Assembly (NCBI GenBank): GCA_014361195.1
Contig: JACIWA010000002.1
Span: forward strand, 4,310-68,309
Direction of reading: 5' to 3'
Length of the DNA: 64,000 nucleotides
Source of the DNA: Thermoplasmatales archaeon
GTDB taxonomy: Archaea > Thermoplasmatota > E2 > UBA202 > JdFR-43
Below are positions 57,170 to 64,000 of the stretch, in pieces. How positions within the stretch are numbered: position 1 is the first letter of the stretch; the number at the start of each line of letters is the position of its first letter. Both the position numbers and the translations under genes were made by a program. The notes beneath the pieces were generated by a model. The model had not been told where the DNA came from, searched no databases, and saw only the letters and a list, made by a program, of their open reading frames with translations.

Positions 57170-60100
57170 TCTCTCCTCAATTTTATATCAATCGTTTTCG
57201 GTGAATCTCCTATCTTTACATCAACTATTCCTTCATATCTGTAATAAATTGTCTCATTTTCTATAACTCGCGAGTAATTTACCTCCACTTTATATTTCGC
57301 AGGATAAAGTCTTACTACATAATAGCCTGTTGAATTTGATCTCGCACTTTCATTTACAGAGTAATCATCCAATTTTTCTATTACATTAAATTGAATTGTC
57401 ACACCCTGCATTACCTCATTTTCTTCTCTTAATCCATTATTATTTTCATCATACCATACAACACCACTAACATTTACTTTCGATGGAATCAATGAAATAT
57501 TATGCCATATTGTTGAATTTGGCATTACATTTACATCTATTACTCTTGTTTCATATCCATCTTTTGAAACATTTATTCTATAACTGATTGGAAGTAATTT
57601 TTGGAAATCGTATTCACTTGCATGTATTTCTTTTCCATCAAAAACAATTTTTGCCTGCAATTTTTCATCGTTTCCATCATATTCTCCGTTTCCATTCTTA
57701 TCCCAATAAATTATTCCCTTTATTCCTCCTTTTTCAATATTTATTGCTCCAACATCTCTTATCCAATGAACAACTCTTGTAGCTTCCTCCTCGCTTATTG
57801 GCGGGAAGTCAGTTCCATCAAATTTCAATTCTTTTATAAGTGTTTCATTCGAATAGAAAGAAATTGTTATATTGCCAGCGGGAGCAATAACACTAAATTT
57901 TCCCTCTTTGTCAGTAAAACTTATATCATGAGGAATCTTTTCAAGAGTTCTATTTAAAATTTGATTTCCATATCTCATCTGAAGTAATTGGCTAAAGTCA
58001 TCTCTAACAACAACTTTCACCCCTTCAAGTGGCTCGCCATCACTCAATAATCTCCCTTCTATTCTCGCTCCTTCATAATATTTTGCAATTACAACCGCAG
58101 GCATACCTAAACATAACTCCCCTCTCAGGAACAGCTTTGAGGTTGTGGTATTTACTGGAGAGATATATTTTATAACAAAATGTTTCATGTAGATGGTTGG
58201 ATTGTAAGAATAGTTTCCTTCTCCAAATGGATTTGTTGCATTATCTGTCCAGAAAGGAATTAAATACCAGTAGCCATAACTTTCCGCTCCTTCAAAAATT
58301 TCTTTTGATAATGTAACTCCTAAATATGTTCTGTAAACCATGCTCTCATAAAAACCTTGCTTTTTCTCTGTATATGTATCAAATTTACCATATATTTCTC
58401 TTATTTCATCTTGTGTCAATCCCTTTGTTATATTTCTCAATTCATCGGGTGTAAAGCTTTGTCCCGTTTTTGATGAGCGATAATATAGCTTATAGTAATC
58501 ATCTTCTGCGGTTTCATATCCAAAAACTCCTTTATCCGCGAGAAAAGTAAATACATTGAAAATATTTACATCATATCCTTCCACACCATAATACCTTATA
58601 CTTTTTCCTGTATAATTCTGAATTTCTCTATAAAGCATTGTTATATTTTCGTCATCCAGTAGCGTTAATACTTTTACACCATCATGATAAATTGCATTTT
58701 CTTCCCTTACAATATAGTTTTTCCCTCCATAACTCTCCCCAACAATCTTGCCAGCGGATGTATTTTCATATTTTCCTTCCAAAATCTTTTCTAAGTCATC
58801 ACTCATATCACCCAGATACTTATTGAAGATATCTCTAAGTTCACCAGTTACCCCTCCTTTCTCTTTTACATCTCCTTCCGCAAGACGAATTATAAAGACC
58901 CCAACCGCTTCCCTCTCACTCCTTGAGGTATGCATATTGGCTGCTGGCGGTATTCCTTCTTGAAAGTTATCCGCTACTGTTGGATTCTTTGCTATTGCAA
59001 CACAATAAAAGCCATAGTCCCACCACGAAATAAACCCTGGCCTTTCACTCTCATTTAAATTTGTATTTTCTCTCTTAAGCCATGAAAATGCATCAACCCA
59101 ATATTCTTCTGTATTGAAACCGAGCCCATATGCCCCAAGCTTATTTGTTTTTGTCTGATATTCGTGCTTTATATTTGAGGGAAGAGATGCATCAAAGGCA
59201 AGCCAGGTATTTGGGAAGATTACAAAAAGGGCAATGAAAATTGCTCCCGCAACGTGCCTTATTTTCACTCCTTTCTTCATTGCCTGGAATCCCCCGCCCG
59301 CCTCCTTTATCTTCTTAATCATGCCCGAGAAATCTATTTTGGAGATTATAATCCACAACCCGTATGCTCCAAAAACCGCAATTAAGGGGACTAAATCATT
59401 TAGAAATCTTCCCGCTGTGCTTGCAAGCCAAATTTCGATTCCAAGCCATACAAATACTGCGAAATATTCTCTATAAAATTTTCTTTTATAGAATTGGTAT
59501 AGGAAGAAGACAAATCCAAAACATGCAATCAAATAGAAAACTGGCCCGAATGACATTATGGTTCTGCCTATATCAAAGGGAAATGCCTCCGCTATTGTTA
59601 AGGATACTTTTCCACCGTATATCGCCTTCCCAAATATTATTTCAGATATGGGAGTAAATAGCTTAAGGAAAGCATTTGTTGTGTTCCTGATTAGATAGAG
59701 AAATATAAGAGCAAAAATTCCGAGTCCAAAAATTGACGGTATTGAAATAATCCATGGTATATTCTTTTTTCCTATATATATGTATATTAGGCTGAAGATA
59801 CCAACCGCAATTATTATGGTTAAATAAATGCTTGTGAATCCACTTTTAACCCAAGTAATAGGGAAAGATAATACATATCCAAAAAGCATTGAGGTTAAAA
59901 TTGCTACTGGAACCTTTTCCTCTATTTTCTTTGTTACTATGTCAATTAGCATTTGAATAACTCCATAAACCGCTATGAGAGCATATATATATTCCGCAGA
60001 TACCCATGTCATTGTTATACCCGCAACACACATTCCAGATAAAGAAGCGAGCAGGAAAGATGCTTTTTTATTTTCTTCTTTTAAAGCCATTATCAAAAAG

Positions 60101-60657
60101 ACAAGTGATGAAGTTGTGAATAAAAGAACAAAGGAATCATGGTCATAAAGGGAGTATGCGGAGCCGTGTCCTGATGCAAGATGAATTGGAATAAGAGCAA
60201 CGAAGAGGGATGCAATCAAACCAACTTTCCTATTGAAAACAATTTTTCCCAAAAAATAAACAGGAATTACAAGCAGTGCTCCATATATTGCTGGCACCAA
60301 TTGCATTGCATATCCCATTGCATCGCTTTCATTTATAAATAAAGAAAATATTTTTCCCAATCCAATCGTGAGCATTGTGAAAAGAGGGGGCCTGCTACCT
60401 GAGCCACCCAATGGATAGTTGAGGAGAGGATCAAGGTCGCCATGCTTACCACCCATATATGGATATTTTCCTTCTTCCAAAGTTTTTTCGAGTAAGCGCA
60501 TATTGTAATAGGGGTCTGGACCTGATAGATAATATTTTTCCTCGAGCAAATTTGCTTCCCTATTTATTGCAACATCTGAAGAAAAGTTAAAATAGGCGTT
60601 CAAGAAAAGCACCAGCACAAATGCGCAAGCAAGCCACAAGGCATCTATCTTTTTCAT
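57166..60657 (-). CDS. aglB: archaeal oligosaccharyltransferase AglB (STT3 family), long form with C-terminal carboxypeptidase-regulatory-like beta-sandwich repeats
   Basis: 13+ TM helices, then FISWWDYGFY (the WWDYG motif). C-terminal repeats of EGVKVVVRDD.../GVTIQFNV... type. The track ORF extends to 60684; the start here is at MKKIDAL. Confidence 0.85.
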   Translation of the reverse strand: MKKIDALWLACAFVLVLFLNAYFNFSSDVAINREANLLEEKYYLSGPDPYYNMRLLEKTLEEGKYPYMGGKHGDLDPLLNYPLGGSGSRPPLFTMLTIGLGKIFSLFINESDAMGYAMQLVPAIYGALLVIPVYFLGKIVFNRKVGLIASLFVALIPIHLASGHGSAYSLYDHDSFVLLFTTSSLVFLIMALKEENKKASFLLASLSGMCVAGITMTWVSAEYIYALIAVYGVIQMLIDIVTKKIEEKVPVAILTSMLFGYVLSFPITWVKSGFTSIYLTIIIAVGIFSLIYIYIGKKNIPWIISIPSIFGLGIFALIFLYLIRNTTNAFLKLFTPISEIIFGKAIYGGKVSLTIAEAFPFDIGRTIMSFGPVFYLIACFGFVFFLYQFYKRKFYREYFAVFVWLGIEIWLASTAGRFLNDLVPLIAVFGAYGLWIIISKIDFSGMIKKIKEAGGGFQAMKKGVKIRHVAGAIFIALFVIFPNTWLAFDASLPSNIKHEYQTKTNKLGAYGLGFNTEEYWVDAFSWLKRENTNLNESERPGFISWWDYGFYCVAIAKNPTVADNFQEGIPPAANMHTSRSEREAVGVFIIRLAEGDVKEKGGVTGELRDIFNKYLGDMSDDLEKILEGKYENTSAGKIVGESYGGKNYIVREENAIYHDGVKVLTLLDDENITMLYREIQNYTGKSIRYYGVEGYDVNIFNVFTFLADKGVFGYETAEDDYYKLYYRSSKTGQSFTPDELRNITKGLTQDEIREIYGKFDTYTEKKQGFYESMVYRTYLGVTLSKEIFEGAESYGYWYLIPFWTDNATNPFGEGNYSYNPTIYMKHFVIKYISPVNTTTSKLFLRGELCLGMPAVVIAKYYEGARIEGRLLSDGEPLEGVKVVVRDDFSQLLQMRYGNQILNRTLEKIPHDISFTDKEGKFSVIAPAGNITISFYSNETLIKELKFDGTDFPPISEEEATRVVHWIRDVGAINIEKGGIKGIIYWDKNGNGEYDGNDEKLQAKIVFDGKEIHASEYDFQKLLPISYRINVSKDGYETRVIDVNVMPNSTIWHNISLIPSKVNVSGVVWYDENNNGLREENEVMQGVTIQFNVIEKLDDYSVNESARSNSTGYYVVRLYPAKYKVEVNYSRVIENETIYYRYEGIVDVKIGDSPKTIDIKLRRE

Positions 60658-60705
60658 TTTAATCACGTGGATAAAAAATTGCAAATAAATATTTTGTGGT
60701 TATAG

Positions 60706-60797
60706 CGGGCCTGGGGGGATTTTCGTGGCTTTGCCATTTCGAACCCTCGGCCACCTGGTTAAAAGCCAGGTGCTCTACCTAGCTGAGCTACAGGCCC
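60706..60797 (-). tRNA. tRNA-Lys (anticodon TTT) with an ~18-nt insertion in the T-arm region (candidate non-canonical intron)
   Basis: Minus strand: GGGCCTG-TA-GCTC-AGCTAGGTA-GAGC-A-CCTGG-CTTTTAA-CCAGG-TGGCC-GAGGG-TTCGAAA-[TGGCAAAGCCACGAAAAT]-CCCCC-CAGGCCC-G. Acceptor, D and anticodon arms are canonical. The T-arm closes only if ~18 nt are removed. Confidence 0.6.
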
Positions 60798-60913
60798 TAT
60801 GAAAAAATGCTTTGATATATATATTTTTTCACATCCCTTAAAAGAATAATTTTTGCGGGATTTTAGGAAATAAACAGTTTCTAATGCTCAAACCTATCTA
60901 ATGCTAACACCTA

Positions 60914-61687
60914 TTAACTTATGGAAAGAAGATGATATTTGATTTCCTTTGTTGATTTGGAATTATAATCTTCTATGGATAAAATTGCTTTTCTTATATC
61001 ATTTTCTTCTCCAATTAAGGCAACTTTGAGACCCTTTTGAACTGCTTCAATAGCAGAATTCACTGGACAAAATTCAAAATCATGCTTTATTTTAGCCTTC
61101 TTCACCGCTATTCTCCCAATTTCTCCTATTATCCCCACTTTATCAACTTTAATCTCCTGTATTTTCTTTCTTAATTTTTCAAAACTTGTTTTTTTCTTCT
61201 CAGGAGATGGGATGGGAAACAGATATATTTCTCCTAAAGAAAGCTCAATTATTCCTTCTATTCCTGTTATTGCCACATCCTCCCCTTTTTCTACATTTTT
61301 TGTTGATATTCCATAAGCAGATGATATTCTCCCAGAGTAGGCATATAAATACCCATTTTTCATAAAAAGAGCGACTTTCTCTCCCTTTTTTATCTTATTT
61401 CCCGCTATTGCGTAACAAATCTTCATTATATTTAATTTCTTTTTCTTTTCTTCCAAATATCTCTCCAAAGAATTTAAACTGCTGAAAATTTTCTCAATTC
61501 CTTTCACTGTGACTTTATATTTCCCATTAACAACATTAACCAAACCATTTTCCTTCATTTCCTTCAAATATTTAGATACACCTTGTTTTGTAATTCCTAT
61601 TTTCTCTGCTATATCACTCAAGTTTTTTTCATCTGTCGCTATTTCAAGCAATATAAGAAATTTTTTTGATAGCAAGTCCTTAACCAT
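60914..61687 (-). CDS. putative transcriptional regulator (N-terminal winged HTH, uncharacterised C-terminal domain)
   Basis: LSDIAEKIGITKQGVSKYLKEMKENGLV is an HTH. The remaining ~180 aa has no motif I recognise. Confidence 0.45.
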   Translation of the reverse strand: MVKDLLSKKFLILLEIATDEKNLSDIAEKIGITKQGVSKYLKEMKENGLVNVVNGKYKVTVKGIEKIFSSLNSLERYLEEKKKKLNIMKICYAIAGNKIKKGEKVALFMKNGYLYAYSGRISSAYGISTKNVEKGEDVAITGIEGIIELSLGEIYLFPIPSPEKKKTSFEKLRKKIQEIKVDKVGIIGEIGRIAVKKAKIKHDFEFCPVNSAIEAVQKGLKVALIGEENDIRKAILSIEDYNSKSTKEIKYHLLSIS

Positions 61688-61872
61688 GGCTCTATTATTT
61701 CATGAATTAAAAATATTGCTATTCATGTAAAGGTTAGAGCGGAATGGAAGAAAAAATATGGAAAACCAGAAAAATACTTTTGGATAATGAAAAGATTTTC
61801 AGGAGAATTTGAAAAATGCACGGGAAAGAAGTTTTTTCAAAAAATGTTATAAATTAAGAAAATATTTCTTAC

Positions 61873-62910
61873 ATGAGCGAGATTTATTTCAAGTCCGCAT
61901 CAACACCTTTTGCAAGAGATGCAATTCATTCGGGCATAGAAAAAATTTTTGAAAAAGTTAATAGGATAGAGAAAGGAGATATTGTTGCAATTAAATTGCA
62001 TATGGGAGAGCTTGGAAATAATGCATATGTTCGCCCATTCTTTGTTCGTAAAGTTGTAGATATGGTCAAAAAGTGCGGAGGAAAACCATTCATTACTGAT
62101 ACAACAACATTATACGGAGGACATAGAGGAAATTCAATAGATTATTTATACACCGCTTCAATGCATGGCTTCAACATTTCCTCAATGAATTGCCCGATTA
62201 TAATAGCGGATGGGTTGCTCGGAAGAGATGAAGAAATTGTTCAGTTGGGAAAGGAAAAGATAGGGGTTGCGAGAGCAATAATTGAATCAGATTATCTGGT
62301 CGCTATTTCTCATTTCAAAGGTCATGGGATGACAGGCTTTGGCGGAGCGATAAAAAATGTTGGAATGGGTTGCTGTAGCAAGGCGGGAAAGGCATGGCAG
62401 CACTCCACAAGCAAGCCCAAGCACGATAAAAATAAATGCATAATGTGTAAAAAATGCCTTACTTTTTGTCCAGCTGGAGCAATTTATGAAGCAAGCAGAG
62501 AGATTTTTATAGATTATGAAAAATGCAGGGGTTGCGGGGCATGCACGGTTTTATGCGAGCAGGGATGTTTTTATTTGGATGAGACAAATGAATTACAGAG
62601 GAGAGTGGCAATTGCCTGCAAAGCGGTAATTCAAAAATTTGGAGAAAAAGTTTCTTTCATAAACTTTCTGATAGATATAACACCTAGATGCGATTGCTGT
62701 TCATTTCCAGATAAGCCAATTTTAAATGATATTGGGATTTTATCGAGCAATGATGCGGTTGCAATAGATAAAGCATCTTATGATTTGGTTTGCCATTATG
62801 CAGGAAAAGACATATTTTATGAAATCCATAAAATAGATGGAAAAATACAGCTAATAGAAGGAGAAAAAATTGGCGTTGGAAAAATGGAATATAAGCTAAT
62901 ACATCTCTAA
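61873..62910 (+). CDS. DUF362-family iron-sulfur protein with an inserted 2x[4Fe-4S] ferredoxin domain
   Basis: N-terminal DUF362-like region (IVAIKLHMGELGNNAYVRPFFV...FITDTTTLYGG). Ferredoxin motifs CIMCKKCLTFCP and CRGCGACTVLCEQGC. Confidence 0.6.
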   Translation: MSEIYFKSASTPFARDAIHSGIEKIFEKVNRIEKGDIVAIKLHMGELGNNAYVRPFFVRKVVDMVKKCGGKPFITDTTTLYGGHRGNSIDYLYTASMHGFNISSMNCPIIIADGLLGRDEEIVQLGKEKIGVARAIIESDYLVAISHFKGHGMTGFGGAIKNVGMGCCSKAGKAWQHSTSKPKHDKNKCIMCKKCLTFCPAGAIYEASREIFIDYEKCRGCGACTVLCEQGCFYLDETNELQRRVAIACKAVIQKFGEKVSFINFLIDITPRCDCCSFPDKPILNDIGILSSNDAVAIDKASYDLVCHYAGKDIFYEIHKIDGKIQLIEGEKIGVGKMEYKLIHL

Positions 62911-63536
62911 CATGGAAAAGGGCATTTCTCACATTTCCCTTTCCTACAAAAATCCCTCCCAAGCTTCATAAATGCTATTTCCATTTCAACTTCATCTATT
63001 CCCTTTATTTTCTTAAATTTTGAGTTAAATAATGAATGCTTTTTTGCAGAAATTATCGCATATTCAGATATATCATGCTCCGCCCAGGGTAATTCCCTTA
63101 AAAATATATTCACTGTAACATCACCTATTCCTTTCGCCAGATTTTTTAAATTTTCTTTAACTTCCTGCTTTTCTTTTAATTTCTCAATTCCCCCGAGTTT
63201 TATTATATTTTTGCAGGCTTCAATAATTTTATCCGCCGTTTTAAAATCATATCTCGTGTAACCTCCTTCATCAAGACATCTCACAATCTCGCCCCACCCC
63301 GCCTCAACTATCTTTTCAGGGCTATTATATCCATTCTCTTCCAGAATTTTATATGTTTTTATTGCATTCCTTTCCCTTATAGGAGCTCCAAAAAGAAGAG
63401 ATGCAAGAAACCATTTAAACGGCTCCTTTTCTGGTTTAATTCTTAAAATATCACTGTATCTTCTCCCGTAGATTTTCACAAATTCTTTTAATTCCATTTC
63501 AGATTTATTATATAAACTTCCTCGATTTTTGTGCAT
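62907..63536 (-). CDS. helix-hairpin-helix DNA glycosylase-like protein (HhH-GPD/AGOG-like), tentative
   Basis: GIGDVTVNIFLRELPWAEHD resembles an HhH-GPD motif. C-terminal CRKGKCEKCPFPC Cys cluster. Confidence 0.35.
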   Translation of the reverse strand: MHKNRGSLYNKSEMELKEFVKIYGRRYSDILRIKPEKEPFKWFLASLLFGAPIRERNAIKTYKILEENGYNSPEKIVEAGWGEIVRCLDEGGYTRYDFKTADKIIEACKNIIKLGGIEKLKEKQEVKENLKNLAKGIGDVTVNIFLRELPWAEHDISEYAIISAKKHSLFNSKFKKIKGIDEVEMEIAFMKLGRDFCRKGKCEKCPFPC

Positions 63537-64000
63537 TTATTTCCCGCCAAATCATAAGCAATTAATTTTATTTTATGCTTTCCGATCGAAAATTCGTTTA
63601 TTTCCCAAAATGAAATTGAAGAATTTGAATTTCCTCTATATATATCATCATAATAAAATTCTATGATTTTTATTCCATTTAAATCATAGCATTCAACAGC
63701 TATTGTTATATTCCCTATTACGAAGACCGTTTCTGTATCAAAAATTTTTCTTCCAAACACATAAAGCCCTTTTGAAGGAGATAAAATATTTATTTCGGGA
63801 GAAACTGTATCTATTTTTATTTCAATTCTGTTAATTTCTTCAAAGTTTCCTGCCATATCAACTGAGAAATATTCAAAAAAGTATTTTCCATCTGCAATAC
63901 TTATGCTCCCATTATATTCTGAAAATCCCCCCCCATTTATTCTATACAGTGTTTTATTTATCCCAGATATTCCATCATTTGGGAAAAGAGAAACATTTAT
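63488..64000 (-). CDS. Ig-like beta-sandwich repeat protein, partial (N-terminus beyond window end)
   Basis: The 63488-63856 ORF has Ig-like repeat character similar to the C-termini of the secreted proteins in this window. The frame stays open to the window edge. Confidence 0.3.
   Translation of the reverse strand: MNVSLFPNDGISGINKTLYRINGGGFSEYNGSISIADGKYFFEYFSVDMAGNFEEINRIEIKIDTVSPEINILSPSKGLYVFGRKIFDTETVFVIGNITIAVECYDLNGIKIIEFYYDDIYRGNSNSSISFWEINEFSIGKHKIKLIAYDLAGNKCTKIEEVYIINLKWN

Noticed and set aside
1-64000. CRISPR array, cas genes, integrase/transposase, prophage
   Set aside because: No regularly spaced direct repeats were seen anywhere. No ORF has integrase, transposase (DDE / Y-recombinase / HUH) or Cas signature motifs. 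The regions downstream of both tRNAs carry ordinary genes.

Overview
This window reads as a low-GC (roughly 30% by eye) archaeal chromosome segment, gene-dense on both strands. Start codons are often ATGA-type overlaps, and TTG is occasionally used as a start. Core archaeal information-processing and metabolic genes are recognisable from motifs: Orc1/Cdc6, Alba, RpoL, Csl4, TruD, Nep1/Emg1, PurP, PolX, endonuclease III, a DRG GTPase, the oligosaccharyltransferase AglB (WWDYG motif), CDP-archaeol synthase, a UbiA-family prenyltransferase, and two tRNAs (Arg-TCG, and Lys-TTT with an apparent insertion). Between these sit three notable elements. (1) A complete, tightly packed 14-gene mbhA-N-type membrane-bound [NiFe] hydrogenase / Mrp-antiporter operon (13762-21844, minus strand). 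(2) An expanded family of secreted gingipain-like C25 cysteine peptidases. One is a 2941-aa giant protein (32593-41418) that combines a C25 catalytic domain with many CARDB-like repeats, jelly-roll/MAM-like domains and C-terminal Ig-like repeats. Another paralog has an in-frame TGA separating its signal-peptide segment from the catalytic body. (3) A stand-alone mini-NurA plus HerA-like ATPase pair. Other points worth a second look are a frameshifted permease pseudogene, an overlapping radical-SAM plus PaaK-like ligase pair, an atypical PRTase/OMPDC-like pair beside transaldolase, several secreted beta-propeller proteins (SBBP, FG-GAP) and PKD proteins, and an orphan PAS histidine kinase. I saw no CRISPR array, integrase or transposase. 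All calls rest on reading motifs in the supplied ORF translations; no database searches were run.
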